From: an uncultured Acidobacteriota bacterium
GTDB lineage: Bacteria > Acidobacteriota > Vicinamibacteria > Fen-336
Direction of reading: 5' to 3'
Assembly: GCA_963760685.1 (NCBI GenBank)
Contig: CAVXEA010000002.1
Span: forward strand, 1,674,251-1,738,250
DNA: 64,000 bases
Under the pieces are notes generated by a model, which saw only the letters and a list, made by a program, of their open reading frames with translations, ran no database searches and was not told where the DNA came from. This document shows positions 8,256-16,911 of the stretch, piece by piece; the stretch's first letter is position 1, and every line of letters begins with the position of its first letter. The position numbers and the translations under genes were made by a program.

Positions 8256-10739
8256 GTGCGGCGGGTGAGGTCCCCCCAAGGGGTGGGGCCATGGGGAGGG
8301 TTCTTGAGCCAGCAGCTCGTCCGGCGGGGTGAGGAGCGGGAAGCCCTTCTCGGGGTCCTGAAGGGGCTCGAAATCCAGAAGACGTTGGGGGTGGAGCCGG
8401 TGCTGACAGCCCTCCGCCACTACCCGGCGCGGCCGGCCCAGCTCGCCGACTTCCCGCCCGAGCTTCACCGACAGCTCACCGACGTCCTCCGTGGCCGGGC
8501 CTACGAGGGGCTCTATACCCACCAGCGCGCGGCGTACGACGTGGCGGCGGCGGGGAAGAGCACGGTCGTGGTGACGCCGACAGCCTCGGGCAAGACCCTC
8601 TGCTACAACCTGCCTGTCCTCGACCGTATCTTGAAGGAACCCGACACGCGGGCCCTCTACCTCTTCCCGACGAAAGCCCTGTCCCAGGACCAGCTCGCCG
8701 AGCTCTACTCGATGATCGAGGCCATCGGTGCCGACATCGGCACCTTCACCTACGACGGCGACACCCCGCAGGACGCGCGCAAGGCCATCCGTTCGCGGGC
8801 CCACGTGGTGGTCACGAACCCCGACATGCTGCACAAGGGGATCCTGCCGCACCACACGAAGTGGGTGAAGCTCTTCGAGAACCTGCGCTACGTGATCGTG
8901 GACGAGCTGCACAGCTACCGCGGCGTCTACGGGTCGCACGTGGCCAACATCTTCCGACGGCTGCACCGGCTGTGCCGCTTCTACGGGTCGAACCCGCAGT
9001 TCCTCTGCTCCTCGGCCACGATCGGCAACCCCAAGGAGCTGGCCGAGGGGCTGACCGGTCAGGAGATGGTGCTCATCGACGAGAGCGGCGCGCCCCGCGG
9101 CGAGAAGTACTTCGCGATCTACAACCCGCCGGTGGTGAACCGTCAGCTCGGGATCCGCAAGTCGGCTCTGGGCTCGGCCCGTGACATCGCCCTGTCGTTC
9201 CTCGGCAAGGGGCTCCAGACCATCGTGTTCGCACCGTCGCGCCTGGCCACCGAGGTGCTGGTCACGTACCTGAAGGAGGCGCTCGAGAGGAAGCCGGGCT
9301 CCGAAGGCGTCATCCGTGGGTATCGGGGCGGCTACTTGCCGCTGAAACGACGCGAGATCGAGCGGGGTCTGCGTGAAGGCTCGGTGCTCGGGGTGGTCTC
9401 CACCAACGCGCTCGAGCTCGGCATCGACATCGGCAGCCTGGACGTGGCCGTGCTCCTGGGCTACCCCGGTAGCGTGGCCTCCTCTTGGCAGCAGGCGGGA
9501 CGGGCGGGGCGGCGCGCGGGCACCTCGGTCGCGGTGCTGGTCGCGAACTCGACCCCCCTCAACCAGTTCATCGCCAAGAACCCCGACTACTTCTTCGAGG
9601 CGCCGGCGGAGCAGGCCCGCATCAACCCCGACAACCTCCAGATCCTGGTCAACCACATCAAGTGCGCGGCCTTCGAGCTGCCCTTCGACGCCGACGAGCG
9701 CTTCGGCCGCGAAGAGCTGTCCGAGATCCTGGGCTTCCTCGAGGAGGAGAAGCTGCTCCACCGTTCCGGCGGGCGTTGGCACTGGACGAGCGAGAGCTAT
9801 CCTGCCGACGCCATCAGCCTGAGGAGCGTTTCCTCGGACAACTTCGTGGTGCAGGACATCACGCGCGAGCCGCGCATCGTGGCCGAGGTCGACTTCGACT
9901 CCGCCCCCTCCATGGTCCACGAGAAGGCGATCTACATCCTCGAAGGACGCACCTACTACGTGGAGAAGTACGACCACAAGGAGCGGCGGGTGCACGTGCG
10001 CGAGGCCGAGGTCGACTACTACACCGACGCGATCAAGTACACGAAGGTCAAGATCCTCGATCGCTTCCGGGAGGAGAAGGCGGGCAACGCCCTGCGCAAC
10101 CACGGCGAGGTGCACGTCGTGTCCCAGGTCGTGGGCTTCAAGAAGATCAAGTTCCACACCAACGAGAACGTGGGCGCGGGCGATCTCGCCATGCCCGAGA
10201 ACGAGATGCACACCACGTCCTACTGGCTCACCGTGCCCCGCGAGACGATGGCGGCACTTCCCTACTCGGGAGAAGAGCGGAGGGACGGGGTGGTGGCCCT
10301 CTCCTACACCCTCGGCCAGATGGCCGCGCTCTTCCTCCTGTGCGACCGCCACGACCTCGGGGTCGCGGTAGGGGACAACGGGCAGGGCGAGGCGCGCATC
10401 GAGCGAGGCCTGGTCCGGCTGGGCATGGCGGGGCGCAACGAGCCCGTGCCCGACGACTACGAGCCCAACGTCTTCCTCTACGACAACTACCCGGGGGGCA
10501 TCGGCCTTTCCGAGCCGCTCTACCGGCTGCACGATCGGCTGTTGGCCGAGAGCCGCGCGCTGATCGGCGCCTGCCCGTGCCGCGAAGGGTGTCCCTCCTG
10601 CGTGGGGCCGGTCGGCGAGGTCGGCAGCCGCGGGAAGGAGGTGGCGCTCGTGCTGCTCGACACGATCCTGGGGATGGGCGTGCCCGTTCCCCGATCGGCC
10701 CCGCCGCTGGCCGAACCCGCGTCGGCGGAGGCGTCGTGA
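8256..10739 (+). CDS. mrfA: DEXH-box helicase with C-terminal DUF1998 / 4-Cys zinc module (MrfA/YprA-like)
   Basis: Walker A TPTASGKT, DEAD-like VIVDELH and motif VI QQAGRAGRR are present. The C-terminal DUF1998 carries CPCREGCPSC. The start may be TTG 8304, which has a GGAGGG SD. Confidence 0.85.
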   Translation: MRRVRSPQGVGPWGGFLSQQLVRRGEEREALLGVLKGLEIQKTLGVEPVLTALRHYPARPAQLADFPPELHRQLTDVLRGRAYEGLYTHQRAAYDVAAAGKSTVVVTPTASGKTLCYNLPVLDRILKEPDTRALYLFPTKALSQDQLAELYSMIEAIGADIGTFTYDGDTPQDARKAIRSRAHVVVTNPDMLHKGILPHHTKWVKLFENLRYVIVDELHSYRGVYGSHVANIFRRLHRLCRFYGSNPQFLCSSATIGNPKELAEGLTGQEMVLIDESGAPRGEKYFAIYNPPVVNRQLGIRKSALGSARDIALSFLGKGLQTIVFAPSRLATEVLVTYLKEALERKPGSEGVIRGYRGGYLPLKRREIERGLREGSVLGVVSTNALELGIDIGSLDVAVLLGYPGSVASSWQQAGRAGRRAGTSVAVLVANSTPLNQFIAKNPDYFFEAPAEQARINPDNLQILVNHIKCAAFELPFDADERFGREELSEILGFLEEEKLLHRSGGRWHWTSESYPADAISLRSVSSDNFVVQDITREPRIVAEVDFDSAPSMVHEKAIYILEGRTYYVEKYDHKERRVHVREAEVDYYTDAIKYTKVKILDRFREEKAGNALRNHGEVHVVSQVVGFKKIKFHTNENVGAGDLAMPENEMHTTSYWLTVPRETMAALPYSGEERRDGVVALSYTLGQMAALFLLCDRHDLGVAVGDNGQGEARIERGLVRLGMAGRNEPVPDDYEPNVFLYDNYPGGIGLSEPLYRLHDRLLAESRALIGACPCREGCPSCVGPVGEVGSRGKEVALVLLDTILGMGVPVPRSAPPLAEPASAEAS

Positions 10740-10769
10740 TCGCCAGCTAGAGGCGCGGGCATCTCTCCC

Positions 10770-11136
10770 ATGTCCCAGGCAACCCTTCACGACAAGCTGC
10801 AACGGCTCCGCCGCAAGGTGGACCCTCCCCTCGAGGCCACCGCCGCCGCCCCCGCGTCCCTCGGCCGGCTCGAGCGCTCACTGCTCGGCGCCGAGGCGGA
10901 GGACGGTGTGTCTCTGCGCGAGCGATTGCAGCGCCTCGTCTCGGTGGCCGCGATGCGAGACCGCTCGCGAGGGCTGCGGCCGGCGCCGGAGGCCGAGAGC
11001 GATGCGTGGCCCCCGGTCGACGTCGACGACGTCGCGCTCGACTCCCGCGATCTCGGAAGTGCCGGCCCCCGCGTGCCCCTCGAAGAGCTGGTCCAGGGAA
11101 TGCGCGTGCGAAAACGAGCGGGGAGAGTTCTTCCTG
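10770..11136 (+). CDS. Hypothetical coiled-coil ORF between mrfA and mrfB; either a small partner protein or the N-terminal part of MrfB lost by a frameshift
   Basis: ATG 10770 lies 31 nt after the helicase stop. The product MSQATLHDKLQRLRRKVDPPLEATAAAPASLGRLERSLLGAEAEDGVSLRERLQRLVSVAAMRDRSRG... is protein-like at first, then degrades before 11137. Confidence 0.3.
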
Positions 11137-12216
11137 ATGGAGAACGACATCCATCTCGAAGCGTCCCAGGGCGACGTGCCCCTTTGCCGCTTCCACTCGG
11201 TACGCCCCGAGACGGTGGGGATCCTGACCGCCGAGGAGGGCCTCGAGCACTTCGACCTGCGCTCGGCCGTCTTCCTCGACACGGAGACGACCGGCCTCGC
11301 GGGCGGCGCGGGGACGGCCGCGTTCCTGGTGGGCCTGGGCTACGTGGAGGGCGACCGGTTTCGCGTCCGCCAGTACTTCATGCGCGACTACCACGAGGAG
11401 GGGGCGCTGCTCCATGCCCTGGCCGAAGACCTCGCGCGCTTCGAGAGGGTGGTCACGTTCAACGGCAAGATGTTCGACCTGCCCCTGCTCGATGCCCGCT
11501 TCCGGCTGAACCGCGCGCGCTTCCCCCTGCGCTCCACTCCCCACTTCGACCTGCTCCACCCCGCGCGCCGGCTCTGGAAGCTGCGGCTCGAGTCGTGCCG
11601 GCTCCAGTCGCTGGAGGCGGGCCTCTTGGGCCTCACGCGCCTGGGCGACATCCCGGGAGAGCAGATCCCGGCGATCTACTTCGACTACGTGCGAAGGCGG
11701 GACGCGCGCGCCTTGAAGCGCATCTTCGACCACAACCGTCAGGACATCGTGTCGCTGGCCGCGCTCGCGATCCTCGCGTGCCAGTGGGTGGAGGAGGGCC
11801 GGGCCGAGGACCCGCGCGACGTGGTGAGCCTGGCGCGCGTGCTCGAGCGGGCCCAGCTCTACGGCCGGAGCGAGGTGGAGTACCGGCGGGCCATCGGCTG
11901 TGCGGATGGGCCGCTCCGCCGCCAGGCCCTCGTGCGGCTGGCCTTCCGCGCCAAGCGCTCCGGGGACTTCGAGCTGGCGGTGGGACTCTGGCAAGAGGCC
12001 GCGGACGACGGCGCGGCCGAGGCCTGCCGCGAGCTGGCCGTCCACCACGAGCACCGGACGCGCGACCTGACCGCGGCCTTGGTCGCCGCGGAGCGGGGCC
12101 TGCACCTGGTTCGCGCCCAGGTGGAGCCCGCCGCGCGTCGATTGTTCGAGGGATTCAGCCGCAGGCGGGAGCGGATCCAGACGAAGATCGCGCGTCTGCG
12201 CGCGGCGGGGGAGTAG
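11137..12216 (+). CDS. mrfB: DnaQ/RNase-H-like DEDDh 3'-5' exonuclease with C-terminal TPR-like helical domain (MrfB/YprB-like)
   Basis: Exo I motif AVFLDTETTGL and DHNRQDIVSLAAL (Exo III-like H/D) are present. A GGGGAGAG SD lies 9 nt upstream of ATG 11137. The C-terminal domain is helical and Ala/Arg-rich. Confidence 0.75.
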   Translation: MENDIHLEASQGDVPLCRFHSVRPETVGILTAEEGLEHFDLRSAVFLDTETTGLAGGAGTAAFLVGLGYVEGDRFRVRQYFMRDYHEEGALLHALAEDLARFERVVTFNGKMFDLPLLDARFRLNRARFPLRSTPHFDLLHPARRLWKLRLESCRLQSLEAGLLGLTRLGDIPGEQIPAIYFDYVRRRDARALKRIFDHNRQDIVSLAALAILACQWVEEGRAEDPRDVVSLARVLERAQLYGRSEVEYRRAIGCADGPLRRQALVRLAFRAKRSGDFELAVGLWQEAADDGAAEACRELAVHHEHRTRDLTAALVAAERGLHLVRAQVEPAARRLFEGFSRRRERIQTKIARLRAAGE

Positions 12217-12239
12217 GTGACCGGGCCTCCAGGGTCGGG

Positions 12240-13811
12240 ATGACCGCGCGCGGACCCACCGCACTGCGCATCGCGGCGGCCGTGGCCGCCGTACTCGGCG
12301 CGGCGTGGCTGTCGGCGCGCACGATCCCCTACAACATGGACGAGTTCGTCCATTACCAGGCGCTCGCCTGCGCGACCGCGCCTCTCGAGCGTGCCCTGCC
12401 GCCCTTCCGTGACGGCTGCTCCCTGTACGACCTGCGCCTGCCGTTCACGTCCACGATGCTCCCGCTGCGCTCGTACCTCTACGTGGGCAGCGTGCCCGCG
12501 GTCCCCTTCTACCCGTTCTGGCGGCTCCTCCGCGAGCCGATCGCCGCGCGCGTGCAGGGCGGGATCTTCCTCCTGCTGTCCACATTCCTCGCCGCGCGCG
12601 TGGTACGCGTCCGCGGCTCCTCGCTGCTGACGGCAACGCTCGTCTTTCCGGTGCTGGCGGTGTCCTTCTTCGTCGACGAGGGTCCTGTCGGCCTCTCGGC
12701 CCTGGCTCTCCTCTTGGCGCTCCTCGCCGTGCGCCGCGCTCTGACCGCGCCGCGCCCTCTGCCCGCGGCGGCGTGGGCGTCCCTCGCCGGACTCGCTCTT
12801 TTCGTCGGCTTCTGGGCGAAGCTCCTGTTCGTCTGGTGGCTGCCCGCGGTCGCGTACTTTGCCTGGTCGGAAGCCGACCGTTCGGGGCCGAGCGCACGCC
12901 TGCTGCGCCGAGCCGCGCCGGCGCTCGTCGCGTTCGCGCTCGCGTTCGCGCTCCCGAGCGCCCTCCTCCTCGCGAGCGTCGATCGCGACGGCCTTCCGTA
13001 TCTCTGGACCGCGCTGCACCGCGGCCGCATCGACCTCGCGCCGCGCGACGTCGACGACGAAGCGGTGCGGCTGTGGCAATACGCCGTGGACGGATCGCTC
13101 ATCGCACCCCGCAACCTCGTCCTGCCCTCGTGGCCGGTCGACGTCCTGCCCGCGCTCGAAGCGCTCGCGGTGCTGGCGACGGCGCTCGGCGCCTGGCGCA
13201 GCGCGCGGTGGCGCGAGGTCTGGGGCTGGACCGCGGTCGCGGGGGCGACGTTCGCGATCGCGTCGTCCAGCCGCTACAGCCAGTGGCCCCACCACTTCGC
13301 CTTCCCCCTGCTGCTCCTCGTCATGGCGCTCGCGGTCGCTCTGGACGGTCTCGGGCGCCGCGGCCGCGTCGCCGCCGCGCTCGTTGCCGTGCTCTTCTGG
13401 ACGACCCTCGCCGTCCGCTGGCCGGCGGCCGCGTACCCGGCCGACTCCTCCTTCGAAAAGGACGCGATGCTGCGCTTCGTGCGGGAGAGCGGGCTCGACC
13501 GCACGAGCTTCCAGGTTCACTCGAGCTGGGGCACCTACTACATCGCGCAGCTGTTCGGCGACCCGGCGCGAGTCGCGGTCTACCTGCGCGCGCTGCCCGA
13601 CGACCCGCGGCAGCTCGCCGAGGTGCGCGAGCTCGCGCGGTCCTTCGGGCGGTCGGTGCTGCTCTTCAGCAGCCGGCGCTGGGAGCGACTCCACACCAAG
13701 GCAGTCGCCGAAGCGCTCGGGTCTCCGGGCCGCAGGTGGCGGTTCGGGGACTGGTGGGCGGTCGAGTACCCTAGCCTCCCCGGCGAGGAGACGAGGGCCG
13801 CGCCCCCTTAG
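12240..13811 (+). CDS. Polytopic membrane protein, GT-C-fold glycosyltransferase-like (DE motif in the first loop)
   Basis: 523 aa with at least 10 predicted TM helices. NMDEFVHYQ lies in the first extracytoplasmic loop, as in ArnT/PMT-type GT-C enzymes. I do not recognise a specific family. Confidence 0.55.
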   Translation: MTARGPTALRIAAAVAAVLGAAWLSARTIPYNMDEFVHYQALACATAPLERALPPFRDGCSLYDLRLPFTSTMLPLRSYLYVGSVPAVPFYPFWRLLREPIAARVQGGIFLLLSTFLAARVVRVRGSSLLTATLVFPVLAVSFFVDEGPVGLSALALLLALLAVRRALTAPRPLPAAAWASLAGLALFVGFWAKLLFVWWLPAVAYFAWSEADRSGPSARLLRRAAPALVAFALAFALPSALLLASVDRDGLPYLWTALHRGRIDLAPRDVDDEAVRLWQYAVDGSLIAPRNLVLPSWPVDVLPALEALAVLATALGAWRSARWREVWGWTAVAGATFAIASSSRYSQWPHHFAFPLLLLVMALAVALDGLGRRGRVAAALVAVLFWTTLAVRWPAAAYPADSSFEKDAMLRFVRESGLDRTSFQVHSSWGTYYIAQLFGDPARVAVYLRALPDDPRQLAEVRELARSFGRSVLLFSSRRWERLHTKAVAEALGSPGRRWRFGDWWAVEYPSLPGEETRAAPP

Positions 13812-14170
13812 CCGATGGACGTCTTCAGGAACTCCACCACTTCCAGGATGATCACGGGCTTGGGGAAGAGCTTGGCGCCTGCCCGCTCGGCCGCGGTCAC
13901 GAGCGGCGAGTTGCGGTAGCCGGTGAGAAGGCCGATGGGGATGCCGGGGATCCGGCGCCGCAGCTCGTCGGCCAGGCTCGCGCCGTCCCGGCCGGGCATG
14001 ACGAGGTCCACCAGAGCGGCGTCGTAAGCGGACTTGTCGGCGAGAGCGAGGGCTTCCTCGACGGAGCTGGTCGCATCCACCTCGAAGCCGTGGCGGGTCA
14101 GCGATCGCTTGAGCATGGTCCCGATCGAAGGATCGTCGTCCACGATCAGGATGCGAGGAGATTCTTTCAT
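13808..14170 (-). CDS. Stand-alone CheY-like response regulator receiver domain
   Basis: MKESPRILIVDDDPSIGTMLKRSL...DAALVDLVMPGRDGASLADELRRR...GLLTGY has all receiver hallmarks, with the phospho-Asp in LVDLVMPG. It is 120 aa with no output domain. Confidence 0.85.
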   Translation of the reverse strand: MKESPRILIVDDDPSIGTMLKRSLTRHGFEVDATSSVEEALALADKSAYDAALVDLVMPGRDGASLADELRRRIPGIPIGLLTGYRNSPLVTAAERAGAKLFPKPVIILEVVEFLKTSIG

Positions 14171-14262
14171 CGGCGAGCGAATGAGAGATCCTAGCCGAGG
14201 CGGTACCCTCGGGGCAAAGCGCAGGGTCCCCGGGCGACAAACCAGCTAGACTCAGCGGCCGT

Positions 14263-16672
14263 ATGCCGATGACCGGAAGGCGCGAGCTCCAGAGCGATGT
14301 GATCGGCCTGCTCGCGATCGCCTTCGTTCTCTCTGACTACCTCCGGCCCGCGCTCCTGGCCGCGCCCACCCTCGCGGCCGGGGGCGATACTCCGTGCCAC
14401 TATCCCACCTTCGTCTGGTTCTACGAGCGGCTGCTTCCCGCCTTCCGGCTCCACGGCTGGTATCCCGGCGCGTACCTCGGGCAACCGCTCCTGCTCTACT
14501 ACTTTCCCCTCCCGTTCCTGCTGATGTCGGCGCTCGCCCCCCTCCTGGGCCTGCCCGTGGCGTTCAAGCTCGGAGCGGCGCTGGGCGCGATCCTGCTTCC
14601 GTTCGCGGCCTACGCCGCGGTCCGGCTGCTGGGGTTTCGCTTTCCAGCACCCCTCCTCGCGGCGGCGGCCGGGCTCGTGTTCCTCTTCGTCGAGGACAAC
14701 CCGATCTGGGGCGGCACTCTCGCGAGCACCCTGACCGGCGAGTTCGCCTACGCCTACGGCACGGCCCTGGCCCTCCTGACCCTGGGCCTCGGATATCGGG
14801 CCTACAGCCGTGGCCAGAAGCCGTGGGCCACGGCGGCGCTCCTGGCCCTCACCGCCCTGGCGCACGGCTACGCGGTGCTCTGGGCGGGCCTGAGTCTGAC
14901 CTACTTTCTACTACCCTCGCGCCGACCCGCGCGCACGCTGGCCTGGCTCCTGTCGGTCGCGGCCCTGGCCTTCGCTCTCGCCGGAGTCACCCTCGTTCCC
15001 CTGCTGGCCGGGTGGGGGTGGACGACGCCCTACGGGGATTCCCGGATCGTCGTCACCCTCGTGAGCCTCTTCCCGCCGCTTCTGTGGCCGCTCCTCGGCA
15101 TGGCCGCCCTGGCCCTGGTTGCGAACCTCGTGGGCGGGCGGCGCACCGGGGGCGCGGACCATCGCGTGCTCTTCCTCGGCTACGCAGCGCTCGTGGCGTC
15201 GGGCCTCGCCAGCGCCGGGACCTCTCTCGGCCTCGTGGACGTGCGCTTCGTCCCGTTCGCGCAGCTGGCGGCGTGCCTCCTGGGCGCGGCCGCCCTCGGA
15301 AAGGCGTTGGAGCGGGCGATGGCCCCCGATCTCCTGGCCCTGGGGCTCGTGGCCTCGGCCATCCTCTGGGGCGACGGGCAGTCGCGCGTGCTCCGCTCCT
15401 GGATTGCCTGGAACAACTCCGGCCTCGAGGCCAAGGACCTGGGCCCGGCCTTCCGCGGGGTGAACGAAGCGCTTCGCGGCGGGGTGGGTGACCCACGAGT
15501 CGCCGTGGAGTACGGGTCGGTCCACGAGGGCGCGGGCTCGGTGCGGATCTACGAGACCCTGCCCTTCTTTTCCGGACGCTCGACCCTGGAGGGCGTCTAC
15601 AACCAGGCGAGCGTCGCGACCCACGCCGTCTACTACCTCTCGTCGCTTCTCGGGGAAACCTCGCCGAACCCGTTCGAGAGCCGCGAGTACGGGCACTTCG
15701 ATCCCGACGAGGCGATGGCCCGTCTGCGGCTCTTCGCCGTGGGCGATGTGGTCGCGGTCAGCGCGCTTCTCACGGACGCCCTCGATCGGCGGGCGGACGT
15801 CGTTCGAACCACCACGATCCATCCCTACACGGTCTTTCACCTGCGCGAGCCGTCGGCGTACGTCGAGCCGGTGCGTTTCACGCCCGTGCGCTCGGCTCTC
15901 CTCAATTGGCGGGAGAAGTCGTACCGGTGGTTCACGCGCAAGCCGTTGCCCGCGTCGCTCCTCGTCTTCACCGACGACCCGCGCTTCCCCCTCGTCGAGC
16001 CCGATGAGTGGCTCCCGCCTCCGGCCGTTCCCTGGCCAGGTGCCGACGAGGTCAAGGCGACGGCCGTCGTGGAAGCCGAACGCATCCGCATCACCACGAA
16101 CCGCGTCGGTCATCCGCTCCTGGTGAAGGTGAGCTATCACCCGCGCTGGCGGGCTCTGAACGCGGACGGTCCCTTCCTGGTCTCGCCGGCGCTGATGTTG
16201 ATCGTGCCCCGCGCGGAGCAGGTGACTCTCACCTACGCCTCCCGCGACGCGAGCGACGTCCTCGGGCTCTTCCTCGGCCTGGGAGGGCTCGGCTTCATCG
16301 TCGCACGCGCCTGGTGGGAGCGTCGCTTGGCGCGTCGCCCGCATGAGCCGCAGATGCCGCGGGCGCTCACCCCGGCCGTGCTGGAGCTGTGCGAGCCCCC
16401 GCCGCCCCCGCGGCGCTGGGGATGGGTGGTGCCCACGTCGCTGCTTGCCCTGCTCGTGGCGGCTCACCTGGCACCCGGCCGGCGGTACGGCCGCGCGCGA
16501 GGGCCCGGAGCTCGAGCGACGCGCCCAGGCGGCGTTTCGGGCCGGCCGCTTCGCCGACGCCGCCGAGTACGCGCGTCACGCGCTGCGACGATTCCGGGCC
16601 GAGGATCCGCGGAGCCAGGCGCTCTCGAAGTTGCGCCACGAGAGCCTCGTGCGGGTGGGCGGAAGCGACTAG
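14263..16672 (+). CDS. Large polytopic membrane protein (GT-C-like / DUF membrane glycosyltransferase-like) with extracytoplasmic C-terminal domain; apparent frameshift near 16470
   Basis: About 14 TM helices in the first ~330 aa, then a soluble domain. The last 60 aa (..ELERRAQAAFRAGRFADAAEYARHALRRFRAEDPRSQALSKLRHESLVRVGGSD*) lie in the +1 frame (ORF 16343..16672). The 14263 frame runs on to 17280 as R/G/P-rich junk. Confidence 0.55.
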
Positions 16673-16905
16673 CTCAGCACGCCTGCGAGCCGGCCCCGAA
16701 GCTCGGCCTCGGTGGTTCGATACCGCGCGATCTCCTGCCCCTCGAGAAGCAGCACCGGGATCTCGAATACGTATCGCGCTTCGAGATCGGGGTGCTCTTC
16801 CACGTTCAGCTCGAGAAGCTCGACGGCGGTTCCGTGCAGCACCCCCAGGACCACGGCACGCATCTCCTCGCAGAGATGGCAACCGGGTTTCCCCACGAGG
16901 GTCAA
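16669..16905 (-). CDS. Glutaredoxin-like small thioredoxin-fold protein (DUF836-type, CxxC)
   Basis: MTLVGKPGCHLCEEMRAVV...ARYVFEIPVLLLEG is 78 aa with a CHLC redox motif. Confidence 0.75.
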   Translation of the reverse strand: MTLVGKPGCHLCEEMRAVVLGVLHGTAVELLELNVEEHPDLEARYVFEIPVLLLEGQEIARYRTTEAELRGRLAGVLS

Positions 16906-16911
16906 GGACGC

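Noticed and set aside
5572-8292. The 906-aa version of the ADOP permease starting at 8292
   Set aside because: The first 75 residues are low-complexity and overlap the divergent mrfA upstream region. The conserved ADOP N-terminus (M..LVQDLRYG) with a perfect AGGAGG SD begins at 8067.
8256-12216. Interpreting the DUF1998 helicase as a DISARM (DrmA/DrmB) defence system
   Set aside because: There is no PLD-nuclease, no DNA methyltransferase and no separate DrmB. The helicase–DEDDh exonuclease pairing matches MrfAB/YprAB instead.
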